DNA from: Utricularia gibba
Lineage: Eukaryota; Plantae; Magnoliophyta
Assembly: GCA_002189035.1 (NCBI GenBank)
Contig: NEEC01000002.1
Coordinates: forward strand, 3,472,001-3,536,000
Length of the DNA: 64,000 bases
Direction: 5' to 3'
Below are positions 39,295 to 50,900 of the stretch, piece after piece. A program made the translations under genes and the position numbers. The notes below the pieces were generated by a model. It was not told the origin of the DNA, made no database searches, and saw nothing but the letters and a program-made list of their open reading frames with translations. Position 1 is the first letter of the stretch, and each line of letters begins with the position of its first letter.

Positions 39295-40401
39295 ATTTCA
39301 TTGTAGTTTTGGATGTGCAATGTGTATTCTATATGCCATAACTCTCTTGGCTATTTTTCAGAATTGCTTGGACACATTGGATGGTTTATATTTCTAGGTG
39401 AAAGTCAAGAATTAAGATAAACAAAAGTAGAAGAATCATAAAGGAATCGTGTCCACTAATGTGCTAGGAGTATGTGATGATATGCTCATGTTCATCTATT
39501 TGTTGTCCAATTGGGAGGGATCCGCTATTGATAAGTACTTACAATGTGTAGAAGTCCATAGTTATGAGTCACTTTCATGTATTCCATTTTTTTGGAGGGT
39601 ATTACTACTTGTGTGATAATGGCTACACAAACACAGAGGGATTTCTAGCACCCTACAAGGGTGTCCGGTATCATCTTAAAGAGTGGGGTGCCGGGTCCAA
39701 TGCTCCACAGAATGCGAAGGAATATTTAAGCATGCAGCATATTTCTGTGAGGGATGTTATTGAAAGGGCATGAGGTCTAATGAAAATGAAGTGGAGTATT
39801 TTATGAAGTTATAGTTTTTATCCCATTAAAACACAAACTCATATCATACTTGCATGTGCCCTACTTCACAATTTTATTCAGTGAGAAATGCCAACTGATC
39901 CATCGAAAGAAGTCATTCTAGAAGAATACCGGAATCCGGATTTACAGGACTATGAAGATGATGAACATATTTCCTCCATAAGAAACTCAGAGGAGTGGAC
40001 ACAGTGGCGTGATTCAATGGTTGAGAGGATGTCTGCACAATGGAGATACACCACACGAAGCAAGGTGTAAGTGTACTAATGAATGCTGATATTTTATTGG
40101 CATGTCCTACAGACCATATGTTATTTCATTTTCCAAAAGTTGATAAACATTACCCTATGTTGTATTCATACGGTGCAAACACAACAGTTATTCCAAAGTT
40201 GATTTGTTTCTTATGTTGAGTTATTGTCCACGGTGAACTACCTTATATGTAGTCATAAAAATGTGTTACAGTCACTAGAAACCGGAATTTGGAGTGCCTA
40301 GAAGTACAGGATAACCTGAAGGATGCTTCAGTCACACACACCCTTCACTCACACGTATAGGTGCAACTATTGCATGCTCTACACTATCTCCATGTACATT
40401 G

Positions 40402-40640
40402 GAAGACCTTGTGTTCCAGGCACCGCAAAATCCTGCTCTTGGTGTCTTGAAGACATGCATTCCTAGCACTTCAAAACTCCGCTATCAGTGTTTGGAAAAC
40501 TGGAGTACTAGGCACCACAAAATTTTGGTCTCGATGTCTAGAAGCCATGCCCTCCAGGCACTGCAAAATGTTGCTCTCAGTGTCTTGAAGACATGCCTCC
40601 CAAGCACTGCAACATCATGTTTGTAGTGCCTGGAGCAATC
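40402..40640 (+). repeat. Minisatellite of five diverged 46-bp units
   Basis: Units start at 40402, 40449, 40495, 40541 and 40587. Approximate consensus GAAGACATGCxxTCCAGGCACTGCAAAATxxTGCTCTCAGTGTCTT. Confidence 0.85.
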
Positions 40641-40823
40641 GTGGGCCAAAATGAATATCAGACCTCACATATTTGAGCCTCATAACAAACCCTCTAGCCC
40701 AAGTGTCACCTCCTTTTACCACACACCTAATTACTGCACAATGCAAAGTAGGGCATACCGTCCCCACCTCAGCCACATGGTCCCTCCACTATTTGCTTTC
40801 CCCGAATCTGTCTATCTCAAGAA

Positions 40824-42004
40824 ATGTTTACTTTCAAGAAACTCCAAGTTTGGTTCACAATTCCAAAGACGTACAATCTATGGGACAAGGCAAGTGATGA
40901 GACGATCGACGGTGAGGTTTCGTCCAGAGTTGGAGTAATACGTGAGCACCTAAAGCTTGACAACATGATCATTGAGGAAAAGATGTCACTAGCATTTGCA
41001 TCTTATCCACAGAGGGATGTAGGGAGCAATGTAGAGGAAGACAACCCGCAACCAACTGCTAGTGTGGATGTGGATCGAATTCTGGAAAAGAATGCCCAGC
41101 TACATGCAAAGCTAGATTGATATGAGAGTAGGTGGGCATACATTTGCCCCAGTTCCTCAACCAAGCGATAAGTGTGCAAGCTCCTTGTGTTAGATGTCAA
41201 TGGAGTGCTTGCAGACATTGTCTTCAAAGCCAAGTATCAAAGGTTGCATCGGAAACCAGACTCTATGATATATGGGTGAAATAGTAAGACATCTTTACAT
41301 TGTCCCATGGTTGTGTCATGTTCAACTGATCCATTGGTTTTTCTCGCATTGGCATTCTTCCTCAGGCCCTTCCCTCATGAGTTCATCCAATGGTGTCTTG
41401 CAAACATTGATGTCGGCATATGGTCTTTGAGGGGTGAGCAAGTCCCACCTCATGAAAACAGTAGTGCATGTGCTGCTATATGATGTTCTAACATGTGACT
41501 GTGTTCTATAGTGCACAACTACATGAGATCATCAAGTGGGTGTTTGAGCTGGGCGTAGACAGCTCGCTAGCCTTCATATGGGATGCATCAAAGTCCATTG
41601 AAACGCATGTACGTGTGCATGATAATAGGTCAAAACCTGCTGTGTTGAAGGAGTTGTCACTGATTTGAGGGGGGGGGGGGGGGGGGGAATAAAGGCTTCT
41701 TGGGTCGGTATGATGCAACTAGCCCAGTCAATCTGAAATCATATGGTTTGGTATGCATGTTACCTGCTCATACTTAGCCCATGCTTCTGTGGTGCCACAA
41801 CATGACAACGTTGTCTTCCCGATGCCATACCAGTACATGGATGTAAGAGATGCTACGTTAGCTGAATGCGGAGAAATACACATATTCCTTCAAGGTCTAT
41901 TGGAAGCAAATGATGCACTGAGTTTTGTGAAGCATGCACGAATTGGACAGCCTCCGTTAGATGCTAATCACCCTCTATGGGATTATTGCAATGTATTTGC
42001 TTGA
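40824..42004 (+). pseudogene. FCP1/NIF-homology HAD-superfamily phosphatase-like pseudogene (At4g26190-like family) with an unrecognised N-terminal extension
   Basis: KLLVLDVNGVLADIV (41178+), FLRPFPHEFIQWCLANIDVGIWS, LAFIWDASKS...KPAVLKEL, VVFPMPYQY...GEIHIFLQGLLEANDALSFVKHARIGQPPLDANHPLWDY. These occur in the order of the recalled family. In-frame stops, a G19 run and GT donors at ~41284 and ~41433. Confidence 0.78.
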
Positions 42005-42786
42005 ACATTCATAGCATGTAATAGTGGTTTGAGTTTCAAAACATTATTATGTTACTCACTTTATTTTAATCATGGATGTGTCAATATACATTTGATAAAT
42101 TAAAATAAGTAAATATACGTTCTCAAATATTCTTATATGCATATTTGTTTTAAATAATACCTTGATTTAATGTCTTATATTTCTTAGATTACTTTGTTTA
42201 CTTCAACGCCCAAAGAATCCGTTTGAATAATTGGATTCAAAACAATTTTTATTTATTTACATGTTTTATTGATCATGTATAATATTTATTAATTTTTAGA
42301 AGTATCTTTTTAATCTTTTTATTTATTTTCTTTACATATTTTAAATACCGATTCTAAGAAAAAAATTTAAACCTATGGTTACATTCAAAATAAACGGGAA
42401 CTAAAATAATCTTGAATCCAGAATATCATGTAAAATACTATATATTTTTACAAATAGGAAATTTATCAAAAACTTGATGCTAGTTAATGAATTTTTCTTA
42501 CTGGAAATTCTGCATATATTCATCATATATTCATTTTTCAGGAAACAAATCAAATGGAAATGTAAATATTTAAACTCTTACATAAATTCATGAAAGTCTT
42601 ATTGAATAAAATTGTGTCTATTTAATTTTCTTAAAATACACATACGATATGACCACTCAAAATTGTTGTTATTCAATATGTATGTGTATTGAATGTATTT
42701 TAATTTATGATATTGTTATTATAATAGATTATTATAGAGATATAACGAATTTACATATCATAATTGTTGTTATTATAATAGATTAT

Positions 42787-45700
42787 TTAATTTATGAACA
42801 TCCATCTTTGTACTTGTAGTAGCCATGAATGGCTGTACAAAATGATGGACTTCGAAACCTTAGGGTTATCACTCTCCATAGGACTAATCAAAAAGTCAAC
42901 TGGAAAAACTAAATCCTTAACATGAACAAAAACATCCTCAATTCTACCAATCGGTATAACTTGTGATCTACCTATTAATTGGCATACAACATTCGTTGGT
43001 TCAAGTTTACCTAACTTAAATGTAAGAGACAAATAAAGGGATCTAGACATAACATTGATCGAAGCACCAAGATCACACATAGCTATTGAAATCTTTGTAT
43101 TTCCAATGGTAACGAGAATGAAGAACATACTGGGATTCTTACATTTACGTGGTATTCTCCTTTGAATGATGGCTGAAATGTTCTCAATCAAAGGGATCAC
43201 TTCTTGTTCCACATTTGCTTTCTTCTTTTGGTCACATAGGTCCTTTAGCAACGTGGCATACTTGGGAACCTGCTCAATCATATCAAGAAGAGAAATAGAA
43301 ATATTTACTTTCTTCATCATCTCCATAAAAAATTTTCAGTCTTTTTTTGTCCTTGTTCCTTCTTCGAAGCCTCATCGAGAAGGGTGGCAGTATGACCAAT
43401 GGCTTGGTCTGAGGAACTTCATTTTCCTCCTTCTCCTTAGCATCTTAAGGTGGCTTCGGAACAATAGTGCTCTGCACTGGTGAGCTATCTGGATTCTCAC
43501 ATATGATTGCTCCTTAGAACCACTCTCTATGACTTCCAACTCCTTTTCTTCGAATCTATACACCTTGTTTGTGAACCATGGATAAGGGTCTGTTAGGTTA
43601 GTTCCACTTCTCAATGAAATGGCATTGATGTGCTCTAGATTCTGCACTGGGTGTTATGGCAATCCTCCTTTCAATTCCAAGCGATTCATCACTTGTGTTA
43701 GATGAGTAATCTAGCATTGAATACTTGTGATTTGGCCTTTCATGTCCTTTTGCTCAGCTTGCATCTTGGAGGTGCTTTCAATAAGAGATTTCACCAAGGC
43801 CTCCAAATTGTGGTTTGGTTGGTACGGAACCATGTGTTACTTTGGAGGTCCAGTTATCTGCAGTGATTGAGGTGGTCAAGTGATAGTCTTCTAAGGTATG
43901 CCAGGTTGGTTCCCTAATGATGGTGCTTAACCAGGAAGTGCTGTCTGTCTCCAACGAAAACTAGGATGATCTCTTCTAGGCATCTAATGGTTTTCATATT
44001 TGTATGTCCCTCCTTGGGTTTGATAAAAAGCATGGACTTCTTCCACCGACATTTCATGAACTCTCGGTCCTGAGTTAATGTGAGATGGCATTGAACTTGG
44101 GGCTCCTTGGTATCCTTCTTTTTGTTGAAGCAAGGCTGGAAGACCATACTTCAATGTATCACTTATTATTGCAAGTTGAGCCAATACTTCTGAGTTTTCC
44201 ACCCATATATCACTTATTATTCCAAAATTTCCTCTAGGTGGTCTGTAGGAGTTCTCATAACGGTTGGCTATGGAATAAGAATTAGCAACCATTTGTTCAA
44301 TGAGTCTTTGGGCATTAGCACTGTGTCGGTTCTATAATAGTGATCCATTACAAGTGGCATCCTTCATGAAGTGCTGCAAGATCTGGCCTTCAATGAGTCC
44401 ATGCTGAGGGTAGGAGTTGAAGATTCGATTGAAACAATCATAATATTCCTACAAGTTTTCTCCTTCGCTCTACATCATGGTTTTCAAAGCATTCCTTCCG
44501 GCTAAAGCTCTTCCTAATGGTGCATACTGATCCAAGAATTTTTGAACCATCTACTCCCATGTGGCGATAGAAGATGGGGGAAGTCCATAAAGCTACTCCA
44601 AAGCTCGTTCGATAAGATTGAAGGAAAACACTCTAAGCTTGATTTGATTCTCCATAGCTCCCTTGGGATGCATGGATGCATAAGCCATGTGCAACTCACG
44701 AAGATGATGGTTATGGTCGTCATTTTCCCTTCTAGCAAACTTTGGAAGAGTCTAGAATAAGTAAGTACATAGCTCATAGTCTTCTTCTCCATCAAAGATG
44801 ATGCATAAAGGATGGTTTGAATGATTTGTGGTGATTTCTTCCTTGATGGTCTGTAATGCTGATCCACAATTAGTTGGAGGTAATATCGGGAAGTTTTCAT
44901 GAGGATGTTCTCCCTGGCTCTCAGGCACTACTGGTATTCCGACAGGTACATGTGCTGCCATGATGTCTCAAGTGGTTATAAGATCTCGATGGACCGGGCT
45001 GCATAAAAAAGAAAAATTGAGTAGAAACATAAACAAGATAAAGAAACTACAAGGAAGAGAAAGAAAAAGAAGGAAGAAAAAAGAAAAACAAAACAAAGCA
45101 AAAAAAAAACAAAAACAAAACAAAACTCACACACGCAAAACCAAACACAAAAAATTCGACTCCCCGACAGCGACGCCAAAAGTTTGATGCGTGTCGTTTC
45201 CACAACAAATTTTAAATATTTTTAAAACTCATAAAACACAAATGCATAGTACGGGTGTTGAACACTGAGAGTTGTTTTTCAGTGAAAAATGAAATTACAT
45301 CGAATACAATTGTCACAATTTATAAACAGTTTTGTAAAGTAAAATATGCGAGAAATGTAAGTGATGAAGCTTGAGTAAAGAAATAAGGGGGTTGTGAATA
45401 AACAGCTGGAAATAAACTTAAGCAATGAACTTTAAATAAAGAGAATATGCCTAGGACTGGAATCCTATGCCGCTACGTTCATCATGACTCCACTCTTCTC
45501 TGATCTTCTCATGTACTCGGTTATAGAAGTAAGGAATTGTCTACCCTCACTTACACTCTCTTGCAAGAAGACACGGGAATAGTCTGATGTTGCTCCTCCA
45601 TGGAGGAATGTGAAGATAAGAGATTATGCCATCGTATCCTCACAGCCGAATTGCACGTGTGTGCCCAAGTATTGCCAATGATCCAATGAGTCCACATACA

Positions 45701-46120
45701 AGGTCACTATTTGTCTATTGATCCTGAGGTACGATCACAGACAAAACATTGTCTCCCTCCTGCCAAAAGAGCATGAGTTAGTGCTTTCCACCTTAGCTCC
45801 TCTTCAAAACTCGCAGATAGTGATAAGCTAATCATGAATCTTGAATAAGGGGATTTTTACAGAGTAACATAGTCACATGGAGACATATGGAACCCGATCA
45901 GATTCAAAGAAGAAATGAAGATCAACTAACGAAACATAGATCTGGGAGTATCTCAACCCAGAAACGAAAGTTTCTATCCACAAATGATCATACAAACTAG
46001 GGAAAACGAAAACAAAGTTCTAGAAAGAAGTTAAAGGAAAAATCTTCTAGATAGATAAACTACAACTGATTTTGGTCAAACTAGCAGTACTACCACCATG
46101 CAGGCTAGTTCGCTAGAGCA
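42787..46120 (-). mobile_element. 3'-truncated Ty3/gypsy Athila-type retrotransposon: 5' LTR (~46120-45185), PBS (45178-45161), decayed gag and aspartic protease
   Basis: PBS TGGCGTCGCTGTCGGGGA resembles the tRNA-Asp-complementary Athila PBS. Protease AMCDLGASINVM...IGRIEDVFVHVKDLVFPVDF and gag VNISISLLDMIEQVPKYATLLKDL. No RT or integrase. Confidence 0.88.
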
Positions 46121-46124
46121 TATG

Positions 46125-46262
46125 TGTTGTGTGTCATTTCCTCAACAAATTTTAAATATATAAAACGTAAAACACAAAAGAGCGTAGTACGAGTATCGAT
46201 CTCAGGGAGTTGAGTTTTGCAAAAAGTGTTTTGTAGGAAACTTTCACAAATTGTCACGGATT
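46125..46262 (-). repeat. Second partial copy of the same LTR 3' end
   Basis: TGTTGTGTGTCATTTCCTCAACAAATTTTAAATAT...AAAACACAAA...GTAGTACGAGT matches 45185-45260. A third copy lies at ~63500. Confidence 0.75.
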
Positions 46263-46898
46263 TTGAGCACCTATCTACGACTCAACAGAAGCATCAGATA
46301 TGTCAATTGCATGCTTAGTTCAGCATCTGTGATGGAGTCAATTTCCCAGAAGACTGAGTGCAAGTTCCCCCAGGCCACAATGGCTAGTCACTTTTACATG
46401 AGCTTCTCATCACCTCCCACCTTCATCCCATGCATGAGAAAGAGTGAACTTTGAATACTCACAACCCATATCCCTCATTCCAATTGCATTCCACAAAGAT
46501 ATTCACATTGGTTTCTTGGTGGAGAGTTGAAAATGTCTCCTGGTGAGCATAAACACACCTCCTCAGTTCGATTTCCTGCATTCTCATCTTATTGTTGTTG
46601 TATGCGTGCCTTGGAAGTAAATGGTTTCTGATAGGGGAGACAAGTATTACAGAACTCTCCCACTACAAGCCTTTGTAATTGTGTTTGATCTTCTTTTCCT
46701 CAATATGTAGCAACTAGGCTGCGTTTTCATCTCGTATTTCAATATGGTATCTGAGACACATGACCATAGTGCATGGTTTCCAATGGAAAAGATACACTTG
46801 GGCAACGATATGATTCAGCAACTGCCACAGGAGCATAAATGAAAGCAGAAGCTTCTTCTCTGCCCGGACATGGTTCACATAATTGCTTGTATTCATAT

Positions 46899-47305
46899 CT
46901 ACAGGGAGCTAGACACTGCACATCTCCTGATATGCTCGTTTGAAAAATTTACATGCTTATACCACAAACTCTGTACCTCAGTAGGAGCCATCTCTAGCCA
47001 TGGCTTTGCAGGGCCACTGAAGTGCGAAACGGCTGTAGCTTCAATCTTATGTTTGTCTAGGCCTGAATGCGGCTCTCCCAATTTAGATAATTGCCATGAA
47101 GATTCAATATGGTGCACTTGATTCCCAAATGCAAGCAACGCAAGTGGAAGTACTCCAGGAAAATGCCACAACATGAAACCAGCATTGCAGTTCTGCAAAT
47201 CATGTTGCCAAAAACATGATTTTTGTTAGTCGTTCCTCCCTTCCTATGCAAGTAAGCTTGGGGAGTAAAATCAAAGAAAGGCTTACCCGTTCGAGCCATT
47301 TCTGA
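46899..47305 (-). pseudogene. Isolated 3' fragment of a GT8 galacturonosyltransferase gene (GAUT12-15 clade, GAUT15-like): end of penultimate exon, last intron, last exon
   Basis: ...QKWLER/GTAAGC...TTGCAG/NCNAGFMLWHFPGVLPLALLAFGNQVHHIESSW...SHFSGPAKPWLEMAPTEVQSLWYKHVNFSNEHIRRC. Confidence 0.8.
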
Positions 47306-47414
47306 ATATTACAACTATTAAATCGCGTACGACACCGAGCAATTTGAATGCCTGTGTAAGTAAGTTTTGAGGACTAACGTGCTTATTGTAAGATTTTGGG
47401 ATGTTGAAATAAAA

Positions 47415-47718
47415 TCACACACGTCAAGGCTCATCATTAGGCATCTGGTGTCTTCCGAAAATCAAGAAAAAGTCAGTTCAAAAAGATATGTTTTATCATC
47501 ATCTGCTGCTTCTTTTCTCAACTTCTTGCCACATGTTCACCCCTAACATAACTTAAATAAAACTAGCATAAATATTAGATAGAATACCAGATTTAGAAAA
47601 ATTATCCTAAACTAAATAAAACCTAAATTTTATATTATGAACTCCTAACTAAACAACTTTAATCACATTTAGATATAAAAACGACCTAAAAGATAATGAG
47701 AAAATAACACTTAACAAC
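47415..47718 (-). repeat. Inverted diverged copy of 32383-32685
   Basis: Its reverse complement aligns by eye (TTTTTATATCTAAATGTxATTAAAxTTGTTTAGTTAGGAGTT...GATGAGCCTTGAxGTG). Confidence 0.8.
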
Positions 47719-48269
47719 ATTCATTAATATTATGTGAACTTGTCTAATGAAAATTATAGAATTTAAATAGAAAATACCTAATAAGCAATAATGCTACAAA
47801 CAGCTTAACTTACCTTTACTAGTGTTGAGAAACATGCAGTGGTTGGACAAACAAGGTTTATTTCTTCTTAGTTGGAATTGCCACCTAGACAGCACAAGTG
47901 CTTGATGTGGAAGTTACTCACATTTTTGGAGCATACCCATGTTTTGAAGTCGAAGAACAATGGATAAAAATAATCAATGTGAAGAAAAAATTGAATGTGA
48001 CATTTTTTTTGTAATCCAAAACAAGTGAGCACATTTGTGCATGTGTAGTGACAACACGATGAGTTGGTGTAAATGTTATCAAACATTATATTATCAGGAT
48101 TACATAGTGATTGTTTCTTGTTTGGTGAGATCCAAACCCAGGAGGTTTCCTCATTAGGGTTTACTTGGCTACATCTTTTGTTCAATGTTTATTTTCTTTC
48201 TTATAATCCTATGCACATGTTAATATGAGAATTGTTGAACCCACCAGAACAATTGATCAAGATTCATAG

Positions 48270-50900
48270 CAGGAGTCGTCACCTCTAGTGTCAACAATTA
48301 TTATCGGAGTCATGAAGTGCACAGGGTGTCAAAGTTGAATACCACAAATTATTCATTGTGGCAGTCGAAAATCAAATATGCTGTAGTGTGCAAAGATTTT
48401 TCAGAACCAATTACTGTAGGAGCTATGCATACAACAAGTGTTGAAGAATTCGATTGGTAGAAGCTTCATCTCAAGGCTATTGCAATTTACCTCATCGGAT
48501 TAGTGAGTTTAAAGATGCACAACAATTGTGGAAAGCCTTAGAGGAGATGTTTTGACCTAATAATGTGCTTAACAAACTCACCTCTACAAGATCATATCAT
48601 GGCTAAAATGTAAGGATTGGCAATTCCATATTTGAACATCTTGGCATCTTTAAAGATATAGTTGATCAATTAATGTATGTGAAGATGAGGAAATCAAAGT
48701 TATACAACTTCTTGATACACTACTAGAGTCATGAGAAACTCTAGTGATTACATTGAGTAATTCGTCTAGTGTTGGGATGCGATATGATGCTATAACTACT
48801 GCATTATTACAAGAGGAGCTTCGGAGGAAGGGCAATGATCTTGAAAGAGGTTCTTTGTCATCAAGGATGTTGGTGTCTAGTGACGGGAAGTGTAGAGGCA
48901 AATCCAAAAAAAGGAATAGACATAAATGAGAAGTCAAAATAGAGAGATAAATCTCAGAAAAAACAAGGCAAATATGAGAAATGATATAAGTTTTAATCCT
49001 GTTTTTGTTTTGATAAGAAAGGACATCTACAAAGAGATTATCATGAATATAAGCAGTCACTACAAGAAACCAAAGAGTTAGTTGAGAGCAGCACTTCAAC
49101 ATATTTGAATAATGTAAATGATGATCTATTAGTTTTATTAGCAGCAAAGGTGGGCGTGATAGAGTTGGAGAATTCATGGTTTATGGACTCTATTGCCTCG
49201 TTTCATGCAACTTGTATTCTAGATGGGTTGATCAATTATAAATGTTCTAGGGTTGATCAGTTCATCTCAGACATAATAGGCATTGAAGATCTTTAATTAG
49301 TAACCAATATGGGAATGCTACTCAATTTAAAAGATGTGCAACATGTGCCAACTGATGCTGTGTAAAATTTAATCATATTTGTAGCATTTTCAGTGTTAAG
49401 AGTATGAAATTAGGTGAGTTAGAATAGAGAGAAAAATTAAAAATTAGCATTGGTAACTTTATTTTTTGAAAAAACTTGTTTGGGAACAATTTTGCTTTAA
49501 TAGACGGGATGGAGTGAATTGATTGTTCATTCATGCCCCGGAATAGCCAGTCCATCAGGGCTATACTACGTACTCTAATCAATCTGCACAATCATTATTA
49601 GTTCAACGGTAAAACAAGAAATGCATATCTACATGCACGATGAGATAAGAGGAGCCAGTGGGAAAGAAGGAACAAGCTTTTCCATGACACACAACATGGG
49701 AGAGAAGAGAGAATTCCAATTTATGGAGGCTTTTTCAATGAGTTTGGAGTGATTTTTTAGAAATTAAGATGAAGAAGGAAAAGTTCCATTGTGATACTGA
49801 AACCAACCTCCAATACCCAGAACCCAGAAAACACAAAGACCCTTTAATCGAGAAGTTTAAAAACAATCCTATTTGAGAAGAAGACGATGCACGCACAAGA
49901 ACCAAACTGAAGCAGCAAAATGAAATATTTATTTTCCTAAACAACTTTATTTCTACCTTTGATTCTGCGAACTTGCTAATTTCTTTTACATTTATTGTTT
50001 GAACATTCACCTTGTTTGAATGTATGCCTCGACTGAACTTATTTGCTTCACCATCTTCATTATTGTTTTCATATGCAAAAATCGAAACAGTAAACTTGAA
50101 GATGTTTCACCTAGTTTTAGTGTAGCTTAATCTAGGATTAGGTGCATGTCCTCCGTTAATTTCCTGATGTACGGATTTACATATTTTGTTTGATGCTTTT
50201 ACATTAGACTAGTACACATATCTTACAAATTTTGGTTAGAGTAGAAATCTACTTCTAGATAAAACCCTTGTTTAATTCTAGCTATGCATAGGACTAAAGT
50301 TTAAAAATCATTTGTTGTCTATAGATCGACTTAGATTTACTGTTACTAAATTACTTTCTTTGCAAATGAGATATACATTGTTTGTTTAGTTTATAAATTA
50401 CTTTGATAAGAAAAACCTTTAGGCATACTATATCTTTCGAATTTTCCATCCATTACCAGCTTTGAGGGTTAATTTACTTTTGGGGGGAGAATTATATGGA
50501 AAAGGTTACAGGCACAACTTTGGTTCATAGGTATGGAAGCTAATACAAGGATCCGTGGTTGTTGCCAATGACTATATGATTGGTCTGTTATACAAAACAC
50601 ACATGCACTATGATCATCATATGCTCAATTCAATGACTGACTAGAATACAACGTATGTGCTATGATACAAGAGTTTTGACCACTTTGTTAGCAACATAGA
50701 TGCAGTGATTGTCCATTATAGGGCTCATAGATGAATCCACTGTTTTGTCTCCTTGTGAGAGCTGCATCTACGGGAAGCAGCATCCGGTAATATTTTGGAC
50801 AAATTTGCATGTGCTACACACGTGAATTGTTGAACCCGCTAGCACAGCTTATCAAGCTTCACTACAAGAGTCATCAACTTGAGTGTCAACAATTCGGAGC
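48270..50900 (+). mobile_element. Decayed Tnt1-like Ty1/copia gag-protease-pre-integrase region interrupted by a solo LTR
   Basis: KLNTTNYSLWQSKIK, ITTALLQEELRRK, WFMDSIASFH, LKDVQHVP / ALRVNLL...WKLIQGSVVVA...LYKT, CESCIYGKQH. Confidence 0.8.
49353..50455. mobile_element. Old solo LTR, 1103 bp
   Basis: Starts TGATG and ends CCATTA (eroded ...TCA). TSD CCAAC/CCAGC. Removing it rejoins the copia frame at HVP/ALRVNL. Confidence 0.75.

Larger units (their letters stand above)
36101..40070 (+). mobile_element. PIF/Harbinger DNA transposon remnant: candidate left TIR at 36101 and a DDE transposase pseudogene (~36560-37034, 39361-40070) whose intron carries nested solo LTRs
   Basis: N-terminal ACLENLRLSADVFNKLYYLL...RHVNVPKQVALF, then ...FK/GT intron, AG/NCLDTLDG, then [28 protein letters not shown]...VRDVIERA*GLMKMKW (DDE_Tnp_4-like). 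TIR-like GGCCACGTTTG. Right TIR not identified. Confidence 0.85.

Noticed and set aside
40402-40640. Regular repeats as a possible CRISPR array
   Set aside because: Units are contiguous diverged copies with no unique spacers, there are no cas genes, and the context is eukaryotic.
42361-42410. TAAACGGGAAC-TAA as the Harbinger right TIR
   Set aside because: Only about 8/12 match to the reverse complement of the left candidate, too weak to call.
47057-47299. Cys/His-rich ORF resembling a PHD finger (ICRTAMLVSCCGIFLEYFHLRCL)
   Set aside because: It is an alternative frame over the GAUT intron and last exon, which explain the sequence better.
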